Of a DNA stretch of 52,050 bases, positions 22,075 through 33,725 are shown one piece after another. The stretch's first letter is position 1. Each line of letters begins with the position of its first letter. The translations under genes and the position numbers were made by a program. The notes under the pieces are model-generated. The model was not told the DNA's origin. It saw nothing but the letters and a program-made list of their open reading frames with translations, and searched no databases. This stretch comes from Nemertoderma westbladi (taxonomy: Eukaryota > Animalia > Xenacoelomorpha), in the NCBI GenBank assembly GCA_032718475.1, contig JAUCBJ010004247.1, positions 1 through 52,050 on the forward strand, in the 5' to 3' direction.

Positions 22075-23808
22075 AATTATTGGGTGTTACCCGATACATG
22101 GGTAACACCGTTTACCGTTTATTGGAGCGGTTTCAGCGATGAATGTAGAGGATTTCTCGTGCCTTCAGCCCGATAAGCTCCTAAACGGCTTTTAAAAAGT
22201 ATCTCAAAAATATTTCCAAGTGCTAAATCACTATGCTTATTGTTTTGGTTTCTCGGTGGTGATGACTGACTCAAACTAGCTCGCATAAAACATGGTCTTA
22301 CAACGACTTGTACTTTACTGACTGCTACAACCTTTCTAAGACATTTCAAGAACGCAGTGATTTATATTTTCCAGATGTTATTATTGTCTTCCTTCAGATA
22401 AAAGTAATGTACTGTACGTAACACCATTGAAAAACGAGTAGCTCCGTTGAGCCAGCGGGCTGAGTGCGCAAGCACTAGAGGGCTGGTTTTGGCCTAAGAC
22501 TCAGAACTCTCACGGAAACTAACCACGTCAACAAGCCCCACCTTGGTGGGTAGGCTGACAGTTTAGCTCTGAGCGGAGAACTAAGCCACGATAGAGTGCC
22601 CAAGGACTGCCATCTTCAAGGCTGAGTTACTGACTGAAGAAAATGGGAGAAATGTGCCCCTAATGGTGTTCGGTGGTCAAAAAGGATGTGCAGAGTTGAC
22701 CCATAATTATCACTTGTTGAGGTTTGAGGTCCTTCCCCTAGCAAGGATCTCTAATATTGACAATTTACGTTAAAATATAATTGAAACATGTAGTTTAACT
22801 GACCAATTATTATATAAACCTCTTTATATCATGGGGGTTATTGGATATTGCAATAAGAGGGACTTGCTTCCCTGGATTTACTACTGTGCCAGTCAGAGTT
22901 AAGAGAAACAAGGCACTCCCATTGGGTGAGGGTAAATTGAGAGGAAGCCGTACCAGCTGATATATTGATTAGTTGGGTGAAGGTGAATGTGCGGTTAGGG
23001 ACCGTTGAATATGGGATAATATCAAGGGGCTTTTATATTTGTGATTGGGACGGAAGTATTGTGGGGTGTATTTATATATTGCAGCTAAATTAATATAAAG
23101 GGAGAGTGCGATTTATAGGGGCTGCCTACGAAGGCATGAAAAATATCCTGAGTGACCATCATGTTGAAATTATTCTAGGAATTAAGGCAATTCATCTCTT
23201 TCCCACATGTATTTGTACACCAACTGCTATGACCACTACTACTGTTCTTTTGCGCGACGAATACTCGTCAAAATTCCAATGGCCTAAAAACTGGAAGTTC
23301 GGTGTTTTTTTAACAACTGCAAGATTTAGTCTGGCAATGGGGTAGACGACTCGGAAATTTTTTTTAGAGATTTCGTTGGTTTCATGTGAAAGTGCATGTG
23401 AAAAAACCCCAGGGAAAAATTTTACTTAAAAAAATGGCCAAGTTATAGCGATTTTAAAACGCAAAATTAGCAACATCGAAAAATTAGGCCGTTTCAGAAA
23501 ACTGCACTAGCGACGTCACTAGTGCAGCAGTAAATGTTCATTGGTTACTATCAATATAAATCTCTTAGTAACTAAAATAAATAGTGTAGCTAATATATGT
23601 TTAGTGTGTTTTTGTGTTGTGTGTAATACACCATAAGCCTTAATACAACAACCATTTATAGGGGGTCGGAGCCCCCCCACCCCCCCTAATTTTTTTAAAA
23701 TTTCAATAAAATGCTACGAAATTTGGTATGATGATAGATCGACACCTTTTCTTACTGGTGGCCTGTCCGGATTTTTTAATTTATGAGCTATTTCGATACA
23801 ACAAGCCG

Positions 23809-24306
23809 TTAAAAATCGTCTATTTCGCAATATTTAGCCACCTCCGTCGGCTTTATTTTTCGTCTTTGAAATGAGATCCAGATATCATTAGAACCGCCTT
23901 CATCTGCAGATTCCGAATCTGAACCCGTTGTAAATTTCACCAATCTCTTCCGGAGATATTATCAAAATACTAAGGTGTCAATTTTGTGACGTAAATCGCT
24001 ATAATTCTAATGTTTTTTTTACTCAATTCTAGAATATTAATTATAGGTAATGAGAAAACAACATGGAGAGTTTTAAACGCTCAGCTAAATAATAATTAAT
24101 ATTCTAGAATAAAGACAACAAAACATCAGAATTATAGCGATTTACGTCTCTAAATTTACACATTAGAATTTTGATAAAATTTAAAACGGTTTTCAGATTC
24201 GGAATCTACAGACGAAGGAGGTTCTAATGATATCCAGATTACATTTCAAAGACGTAAAATAAAGTCTACGGAGGTGGTTAAACATTGCTAAATAGACATT
24301 TTTTAA
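23809..24306. mobile_element. Near-palindromic MITE-like element (~230-bp arms, ~50-bp spacer)
   Basis: GATATCATTAGAACC..CAGATTCCGAATCTGAA..GACGTAAATCGCTATAATTCT is mirrored at 24092-24306. Confidence 0.85.
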
Positions 24307-24862
24307 GGATTCATAACAAGTTAATTATTCCAGAATAATATTTAATTATCCCAAACTATACAGTGTTGTTAGCTATAAGAATAAAACATATTTTGTAGCC
24401 AAAAACTGCCAGGTGGTAGAAATCCAGTAGCTTATTGATGTTGTATTAAGCTTCAAAACGTAGATTACTTTGGATTAGATTGTTGATTCGCACTTTTTCT
24501 ATGGTAATTATTTTTATACAAGATAAATTATTGAATACCAAATAGCATTTATTGTTATCAATAATTCTAGAACAGTTTAATTACTTTTAATTTTCTTTAA
24601 AACATTTTTTTTCACATGTACTGTAGCTACCCAAAATATGTCAAGAACATAAATCAATAGCCCAAAACATTATGTTTTGGTATTTTTTGGAATTTGACAT
24701 TTTTGGATGTCAAACCAAAAACAGCTATTATGAAAGGCAGAATAATGGTGACACGGGCAACACTAGTACCAGTAACACTTTACAGTGAACTGTCCGAGTT
24801 GTTTGTTAACTGAACGTACGTAAATAAGTGCGTCAATGAAAAGATATGAGGATAATACTGTA

Positions 24863-26375
24863 CAGCATGTCCTGGAATATAGTGTCGTTATTCAGGTACC
24901 TGGACCCCCCCCCCCCCAAATTTTTCTACAAATCTTAATGAGATTGCATGAAATTTGAAGCAGATAGTTTCACTTTTTCTCCAGATAGTTGCTTTCATTC
25001 TTTAGCTACAAGCGTTTGAAAAAGGTGTCTCCGTCGGTATTGCGCCAGTTACACCGCAGTTATTCTTCAGCCTTATAGCGATTTCTTGATTTTGACGGAA
25101 AGCTGGCAATGCAAGGATTCCAAATATGTATCACAATCTGAATTTCATCGTAAAACAGCAGAGATATGGGCATTTTAAAGTTGCATGGTTTTACACCTGC
25201 GCGAGGCTATTTTATTCTATTAAAAAATACACCATATTCTAGAACATGTTGTTTATCCCATACGTAGCTGGGCAACAATGCAATAACTCTGTAATCATAC
25301 TATTGCGTAGCTGTTCGTATATAAGATAATAATTAAAGTATTAATATATCGGAATAATTAAATAACCATGTGTTTACTGTATATGCTCGGGTGTAGAGTT
25401 TATAACTACTTTGTAAAAAATGTAAACATTAACTCAAAACAACATTAATAGTTTAAGGTGAAATAAAGTAAAGATAACAATGAATTATGGTAAGAGTGAA
25501 TGTATAAATTAAAGGGGAGTTAGGGTGAGGGGTACATCTCCCTGTCCAAATCCCTGACTCCCGCCCCATCCCCGAACCCCAGACCCCTCCAGGGCCTCCT
25601 TCCACCGCGGAGGCACAGAGAGTTTGCCCTTAATAAGGCGAACTGCAGTCGCCTTCTCACAGCCCCCAGGACTGCTCCCAACCCCCGCTGCCTCATCCCC
25701 GCCCTCCTCACCACCAGTGCGTCCGCGAGGTGGCGGATGAATTTCTCGCCCTCGGCGCCCCAGACTCCGTCGGTGGAGCACACGAGGGGGGTGAAGTTCA
25801 TCCGCCTCGACTCACAGGGCTCCTGGTAGTGGGCCTTCTTCTCGCGTTCTTTCTGTGAGAGAAGGGTCTCCACAGAGCGGTTTGAACGAACGTAGGAGGT
25901 GGCGTCGACATTAATTACAAACATCATCAATTATCGTTCGTATATAAACAAAGTGTTCTAGAATATGGATTATTATTTAAATATAATAAAATAGCCTCGC
26001 GCAGATGCTAAATCATGCAACATTTGAACGATCATATCTTAGCTATTTTACGACCAAATTCAGATTATGATACGTATTTGGAATCCTTGCACATGGCCCG
26101 CTTTCCGTCAATATCAACAAATCGCTATAAGGCTGAAGAATAACTGCGGTGTAACTGGCGCAATACCGACGGAGACACCTTTTTCAAGCGCTTGTAGCTA
26201 AAGAATGAAAGCAAAAATAAAATTCTGGGTCACCCAGCAAGTAGGAGGGAGGTGAAACTATCTCTGCTTCAAATTTCATGCAATCTCATTAAGATTTGTA
26301 GACAAATTTGGGGGGGGGGGGGGGGGGGGGGGGTCCAGGTACCTCCATAACGACACTATATTCCAGGACATGGTG
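24863..26375. mobile_element. Foldback element family A, copy 1 (~400-bp arms)
   Basis: TA|CAGCATGTCCTGGAATATAGTGTCGTTAT ... ATAACGACACTATATTCCAGGACATGGTG. Arms are near identical in reverse complement. Confidence 0.9.
25325..25935 (-). mobile_element. 5'-truncated CRE-like retrotransposon (RLE C-terminus plus 3' UTR) with 12-bp TSD
   Basis: EREKKAHYQEPCESRRMNFTPLVCSTDGVWG..RLQFALLRANSLCLRG..GLGFGDGAG. TSD GTTCGTATATAA at 25313-25324 and 25936-25947. Confidence 0.88.
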
Positions 26376-27176
26376 TCTACTACTATTATCATGTAGGCAT
26401 TGCATTGTTGCCAAGATACTTATGAGATAAACAAAATGTTCTAATTTCATTATTAATTATTCTAGAATAATTAACTTGATGAATAATTTGCCTCCATACC
26501 GCTATCCTATAATCGATTCTTAACACAACACAAATACACATCCAAATAAATACTTAGCTACATTTATTATTTGTTTTATTTTAGATACTGCAATAGTATA
26601 CTTTATATTAGCCAATCAACTGCGCTTGATAACTGTTGCTGTGTTATGGCTGACGTCAAATGTGCAAAGTCCTAAAACGGCCTGATTTTTCGATGTTGTT
26701 AATTTTGCGTTTTAAAATCGCTATAACTCGGCCAAAATTAATTTTTTTGAAGTAAAATTTCTCTCTGGGGTTTTTTCACATGCTCTTTCGCATGAAACCA
26801 ACGAAAACTCGAAAAAAAATTTCCGAGTCGTCAACCCCATTCCAAGACATTTTCAGCCAGTTGAAATATGATATTTGAAAAATGGAGTCTTTTTGTCATA
26901 ACATAGAAACCTACAGACATCCATCCAGTCATTATGAAATATTGTCATATGAAATGTGTGCTATATTTGAACAATAATTCATTTTTCCGTTTCAATTTCT
27001 ATAGATTTATTCAAAGTCATGTTTAAATCGCATAGTATACAGTAGTATTTTGTTATTTGAGATGTAGAGGAAGTTAATAGAAATATAATATTGTAATCAT
27101 TTTTTTTTTAGAAAATTAGTAATAATAATATTAATAATATTATGTTTTGGATATTGAATTAGTTCAATGTGAACGA

Positions 27177-28304
27177 ATGGCAACAAAGAAGAAGAAGTAT
27201 ATTTGTTTCATTATTATTCTTCTTGCCTGTATAGCGAACGTGTTGTATGGGATAACATTAATGTATGATAAATCATATGCAGCCAGTAAATTACCTAAAC
27301 TTCCAGTCGGTCATATAGAATCGTTTCCTGCATTTTTATGGGGTCAAACTTCGCTACACGATCAAACAAAAGTGGACTACATTATAGAAAACACCAATGG
27401 GTGTGTTAACATATCCGATGGCGACCATCATACTAGAGTACTCCTGATGATAAAAACACGAACAACAGCCACAGACCGAAGACAAGCGATAAGAAACACT
27501 TGGGGGCCACAAAACGTTATCAATGATACGAAAATAGTCACATTGTTTGTAATGGGATACCCAAATGACGCTTCAACCCAAACTAACATTTTAGAAGAAA
27601 GTAGTATATATGGAGATATTGTTCAGGGCAACTTCATAGATACCTATTACAACTTAACACTGAAACTGTTGATGTCTTTAGATTGGATAGAGCGATATTG
27701 TACTAAAGCGACTTTCATCGGTTCCGGCGATGATGACATGTTTATTAATCCATACGAGATGGTTCGATATTTATCCGGGGTGAATCGTTCTAATTTCTAT
27801 GGAGGTAGTTTGTGGGCTAAACAGAAACACCCCCCTGTCTACTGTTCTGGTGCTTTATATTTTCTTTCAAAGTATCTAATACCTCAATTGTTGTCCAGAG
27901 TGCCCCACAATAAACTAGTTCCCTTTGACGATCTTTATATGGGACTTCTAGCTACTGACATTAATATTAGTCCAATTAAAATATCTTCCATTCATATTCC
28001 TGAGGGTAATACTGTTAATACCTTTGATTTCTGCGAAACCCCTAGTGTTTTAGCTAGCCACGGCTTCTCAGCAAACATTCTTAGACGCCAATGGAAAGGT
28101 TTGGAAGTGGTGTACAAGAATTATACAGCTCCAACATGGATAACTAAATATCCTTGTTCAAAATATTGGCTTAGACTACATAATTATTTATGGAACGGGA
28201 TGTTTATATTTGTTCTTTTCATATTGGTCGGACTCGGAATCAGCAAAAATAGTTGGGCGGCTGAAATATATTTAAGTACTATAATCATTAATTCTCCCGA
28301 CTAG
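27177..28304 (+). CDS. GT31-family beta-1,3-galactosyl/GlcNAc-transferase, single exon
   Basis: N-terminal signal anchor; RRQAIRNTWG, GDIVQGNFIDTYYNLTLK, DDD motif, PPVYCSG, DDLYMG. First ATG at 27177. Confidence 0.9.
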   Translation: MATKKKKYICFIIILLACIANVLYGITLMYDKSYAASKLPKLPVGHIESFPAFLWGQTSLHDQTKVDYIIENTNGCVNISDGDHHTRVLLMIKTRTTATDRRQAIRNTWGPQNVINDTKIVTLFVMGYPNDASTQTNILEESSIYGDIVQGNFIDTYYNLTLKLLMSLDWIERYCTKATFIGSGDDDMFINPYEMVRYLSGVNRSNFYGGSLWAKQKHPPVYCSGALYFLSKYLIPQLLSRVPHNKLVPFDDLYMGLLATDINISPIKISSIHIPEGNTVNTFDFCETPSVLASHGFSANILRRQWKGLEVVYKNYTAPTWITKYPCSKYWLRLHNYLWNGMFIFVLFILVGLGISKNSWAAEIYLSTIIINSPD

Positions 28305-30254
28305 AGTCAGTAGAGAGAACTTTAGATATTTAAGTGGCAGTATGTAATCAATCTGTTTTGATAACAATACCATTTAATTTGATCAGTCGCTGTGGACCGG
28401 AGACCTCTCTCCATGCTAGTTACCCACGAACCCACGGTTCCTCTATGAATCGAATCTTCACCCCGGATCGGGACGGCGGGACCTTCTCCAGGCGTCTCTC
28501 CAGAACCACAGATGAAACCCTCACGTCTATAGTTACTGTTAGGGTGAATTGTGTCATTTTGCAAATAATACATAATATACTAATTAAAAACATTATATTA
28601 CATACCTAATTTGGTACAAATTAATATTGAAAACTATTGTCCTCCGGGCCGTTTCATTTCACAATAAAATTACATATTGTTCCCGTACGGGAAATTAAAT
28701 ACTTTATTTACCGTCACGTCCATCGAACTATCTTTATATTGACTTCGCTCGCTGTGCTCACTCGAAATGTTGATGATACAGGGACGAGTGGTAAATGAAG
28801 CTTATTTAATTTAACAGCCAAAACATCGTTTTAAATGTTGGATTAAATCAAATACGTAAACGTGCTGCTGCAAGTATCTTCTTTATTATAAAATATAAAT
28901 AACCTTTGAGGTGTAGATAATTATTTTTGGTGTACTGCTGCTGTTGAGGGGCCAGTCCTACTTAAATATATGGCTATTTAAATTAGTGTAACTCAGAACA
29001 CTTATACTGTATGTTCAAAGATTTTACAACCCCCAGCACCACAAAGCATTAGTGTTTATAAGTAGTCATTTATCGATCTACTAAAAATAATCATTTTTCA
29101 CATAATTTTATCAGGAAAATCACTAAAATCAAGTTTCATCCAGTTTCTATAATATTAATCCTAAAAATGTCAGAAATTTGTTTTTTATTCCATCTACAGT
29201 AGAGCAGAATTTAATGGGGATTTAAAATCTGAAATCCGCGTAGCCTCTTATATTCCTCGAGTTATCGTGGAATATCTGTCTGTCAAAATGTAAGGCAGAC
29301 AAGACAGACAGGCAACCGACAGACGGACAAACTACATTCAACGAAATATTTAAACTGCCATAAAGCCCCATAACTATAATTTTAGCTCGGTGCTTGTGTT
29401 TCCTTTCTGTCAGATACTATTAACCAACCAGACCTCATACAGGTATTTTTGCTCGGGAAGGTTTTAACTTTGAAGGCGATTATTTCAGAATGACATTTTT
29501 TCGCACGAAAAATACTAAGACTCCGCAGCCATTTCTTAACCGTTTTTTTTTTAAATTTTGCTATATATACAAAAGGTAATTTTCATAAGATTCAATAAAT
29601 TTTGATCAGTTTTCTTAACTAATAATATTTCCTTTTCATTCCTATTCATTTTTTTAATGAAAAATTACAAAAAACATGGGTTTTCTCAGTTTTGAAAAAA
29701 TATTGAATTTTTTTTACTGAATTGCCAATTATCAGAAATAAAAAACGAAAATACAACCCCCCCCCCCCCCCCCTTAAATATATATTAATCATTAGGCCTA
29801 CTAAAATTTATAAATTAGGCCTATCACTAAATTATTTTAATTTATCACTAAATAATAGAAATGACCAGATAAGTCTGCGTATACACCACACCAGTAGTGT
29901 GGACTTGACAGGTGGTGGTCAGTGGGGTTGGCAGAGCCAGTTCATCATGGCTTTAGCACTGTAGTACAACATGCTTTGTTCACTTTGTTCACTTGTCTTC
30001 AGTAGCGGGTGTGCAATGTGCATAACGCACATGTAATTTTGTATGTAAAAATAGTGACACGACAACCGTCTACCATGACATGTGACCAGTGGCGTCGTAG
30101 CATCACCATGCGCCCCCTTTAAACATTTTGCCTGTACCCCCATTACATTAAAAAGTGAAATTTTAATCCAAGTCTTCCTGCAAAATTTCGCTTGTGCGTA
30201 CCCCCCCCCCCCCCCCCCCATTACATTAAAAAGTACACAATATTAATTTGTAAT

Positions 30255-30405
30255 TTACAATCTCAATTTGGTTGAAAAATATTTGAGATATGGGAGTTCG
30301 AAAGTTGCATGGTTTTGCATCTGCGCGAGAATATTTTTTATTCAATTTATAAATACTCAGTATTCTGGAACATTATATTTATCTCATAAGTACCTGGGCA
30401 ACAAT
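30255..30405 (+). repeat. Fragment of the foldback family A inner arm
   Basis: GAGATATGGG..AAAGTTGCATGGTTTTGCATCTGCGCGAG..CTGGGCAACAATG matches 25160-25280. Confidence 0.7.
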
Positions 30406-30819
30406 GGACTATTATATAATATTGCTAATTACATTCATACATACAGACATTAAAATAATTGCTCCAGAATTTATTGTGTAGGAAAAATACTACCGGTAGG
30501 TTTTTAGAAAATAATTATTTATTACATGGGAAAAAAGTAGACCACGCTGGCGTTCTGTAAATAAAATGCCTGGAGAGTAGTGAAAAAAAATGTTGTACGT
30601 TTTTGTTACTTAATTCTTTATCTTTAATAAAAGAAAGCGCGATATAGTGTTACAAAATATATTGAACTGCAGTGTTTTAAAAATATTTTTCCTTAGTTAC
30701 TGCACCATAGATACTCTAGGATATAATTTCCTACTTCAGTTGCTTTCATTTAACGAGTTTCCCAACTCACCGAGATCCCGAATAATAACGAAGCCGGCCC
30801 ATCTTCACCGACAGGAGTC

Positions 30820-31090
30820 CCTACTGTATATCCCGGACTTCCAAAGTACCTCGTTCTCACGACTCCGTGTAATGAGCCATCGACTTCGCATAGAGACCGG
30901 CCGATGGTCGAGAACACCGCGCCAAAATAGAACCTCCAGTTGCGACGGCATCACCCTCCAAGATCAACAACACATATTGCTATCTTGCCCGCTTTCAGAA
31001 AATGTGCGCCAAAATTATCAGTCTCTTGATTTCAACAGTATCAAATGTCTATTTTCCGGAAACACCAAAGATTTATGTTCCTATTGTTAA
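30820..31090 (+). mobile_element. Non-LTR retrotransposon C-terminal Zn-knuckle fragment
   Basis: SRLRVMSHRLRIETGRW..R..C....QD.QHILLSCP motif typical of LINE ORF2 C-termini. Confidence 0.7.
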
Positions 31091-32248
31091 TGTTAAACAG
31101 TAATAGATTTATACGGCCAGTGATTTTTCCAAAATATATTTTAAAAATTAACTGATTTTTTCTGTGTATGAGTATTGGTAGTTTTATTTAGGTTAATTGG
31201 TTTATATTTACTAAGGTTATCCTTATTTTGTATCTATAGGTTAATTATTTTCTGGTTATAAAGTTTTTATTAAATTGATTCTGTCCATGTTCTTGATGGT
31301 TTATTGATGTATTTGTTAATTATTGTTAATATTAATTATCGCTATAAAATCGCAAATTTCGTCAACAAAGAGCGCTACAGGCGCTAACTAACTAACTAAC
31401 TATGTATGCAGCACAGTATAATTGATGTCTGGCACAACTTCCTTCACTTGTACTACACTGTAGATACTTCTTAGTCTTACTATACTTTTTAAGTTTCTGG
31501 AAACACAAACAACTAAACTATCTTAACATGAGTTCTAAATGATCTACGTATAATAGGAATAATATTTATAGCGACTTTTAGAATATATTTATGTGAAAGA
31601 GTATGCCTATCTCTCTAATAGGATAACAAGTAGGAAAAAAATGTGCCAAAAATGAAATTTCGACATGTGACAGTACTTCATGAAATATAACACTATTGCA
31701 GACGAAACGTGTTTCAAAAGAAAACGAAACTTTCTACACGACTCGGCAAGAACGAATGCTGGAGGCCAATGTGGCGAAGCGTAGTTTAATGGAGCCCCCC
31801 GCGGATAGCGGTGAAAGGGGTGCCGAATTCCAGATACGTGACTTCGAGCAACGATTGTCGAGTGACAGTGAATATCGAAAGGACATCTTGAGAAGGGTTG
31901 AATTACAGGTTAGTAAATAAAACCAGGATGCAATGTTGTAAAACGCAAGCTGCAAGGTGCTCCAGTAAAGACAAGTGTATATTTTTAAGTCTGCTAAAAA
32001 CGAAACTTCAATCTTTAACAGAAAATGTCAGTGTTACCTAAATTTATTTACAAAGTCGCCATTCTTACAGAGGAAATCCTTCCTGACGTTGCCGTGACAA
32101 ACTGTATAGAAACCCAATTTATGTCGCAGTGGACCAAAAAATAACGCGGTAACAAACACTTAGTAACATTTAGTAACAATGTAGTTGATTGAAATGTTGC
32201 TTGTTTGGTAATGTTAAAATGGTTGAATAACAGTATAAAATGTTTCCC

Positions 32249-33541
32249 ACGTTAAGCAGACAGTGGCGCAGACACTGGTGCAGACCGTGGGGCACGCAGT
32301 GGTGCATACACTGATGCAGACACTGGTGCAGACAGTGGCGCAGACAGTGGTGCAGACAGTAGTCAGTAGTGCAGACAGTGGTGCAGACACTTGTGCAGAC
32401 ACTGGTGCAGACAGTGGTGCAGACAGTAGTGGTGCAGACAGTGGTGCAGACAGTGGTATAGACACTGGTGCAGACCGTGGTGAACGCAGTGGTGCAGACA
32501 CTGATGCAGACAGTGGCGCAGACAGTGGTGCAGACACTGGTGCAGACAGTAGTGCATATATTGGTGCAGACACTGGTGCAGTCAGTAGTGCATACAGTGG
32601 TGCAGACAGTTGTGCAGACAGTGGTGCCGACACTGGTGCAGACACTGGTGCAGACACCTGGTGGAAATACTGAAATACCAGAGTACCACAAAACACAATA
32701 CCGCCAGGCACTATTATATTATATTTTATCATAGACTTTATTATCTACAAATAATATGCGAGTAACTACTGAAAGGTTCTACATGAAGTAGGGAGGAAGT
32801 ATGTAGTACAAGTCGGTGTGTGTGGGGGGTGAATGTGCCATGATTACAAATAATTATAAGTACAAGAAATTAATTAATCGGTATTCCCGTTTTCATATAA
32901 ACAATAATGTCTATAAATTGTAAGCAGCAATGTCTCCAAGGAATGAGGTTTAAGCGACAGTGTTTGATTGTTTATACATGACCTACTTTATACCCAGAGT
33001 ATTTTTAATTTGTTTGCCTTTACTGGAGCCACTGCTTATTATAATAAAACGAGCTAATTAAGTTATTGTCTCATGCTGGGGATATACATTCACTAACTAC
33101 AGTAAGGTCTCAGGAATTCTTAGCCCGCGAGTATTCTTAGCCCGTGGGTATTCTTAGCCCGCAAAACAATAACGTTTATTGTTTTGGTTCCCCCAATGCT
33201 CCTCTGAAACCTGCTCCTTTACTGTCTGCACCAGTGTCTGTACCACTGTCTGCACCGCCGTCTGCACCAGGTTTCTGCACCACTGTCTGAACCAGGGTCT
33301 GCACCAGTGTCTGCACCAGTGTTTGTACCACTGTCTGCACCAGTTTCTGCACCACTGTCTGCACCACTGTCTGCACCACTGTCTGTACCAGTGTCTGCAC
33401 CACTGTCTGCACCACTGTCTGCACCAGGTGTCTGCACCAGGTGTCTGCACCACTGTCTGCATCACTGTCTGCACCAGGTTTCTGCACCACTGTCTGCACC
33501 AGGTGTTTGCACCACTGTCTGTACCAGTGTCTGCTTAACGT
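32249..33541. mobile_element. Foldback-type element with inverted arrays of a 12-bp unit
   Basis: (GGTGCAGACAGT)n at 32257-32660 and (ACTGTCTGCACC)n at 33221-33534. Outer ends ACGTTAAGCAGAC / GTCTGCTTAACGT. Confidence 0.85.
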
Positions 33542-33725
33542 TTACACCCGAAAAATGCATATTATATTAACAGCATTTATTATAAACAAAGTCCTGAAAA
33601 AAAACTTTATTGCAAAAATTAAAACTGCATTTAAGAAAATAATTACTGTACAATAACAATATAATACAATAGAGCTAATCGAATTGAAAATAAACTATTA
33701 AACACAAAACCTTCGACTAAACAAA

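Larger units (their letters stand above)
23329..26848. mobile_element. Long-inverted-repeat (foldback/MITE-like) element, arms ~23329-23625 and ~26521-26848
   Basis: ATGGGGTAGACGACTCGGAAA..GTTATAGCGATTTTAAAACGCAAAATT is mirrored at 26700-26840. Confidence 0.85.

Noticed and set aside
22470-22530. RNase P RNA on the minus strand (GAGAGTTCTGAGTCTTAGGCCA resembles the CR-I region)
   Set aside because: Only partial resemblance; no matching CR-V/P4 partner found at the expected distance.
32170-33570. Antifreeze/metallothionein-like (CTTV)n and (ADSG)n ORFs
   Set aside because: Open in many frames because of the 12-bp unit. The arrays are inverted arms of a repeat element.
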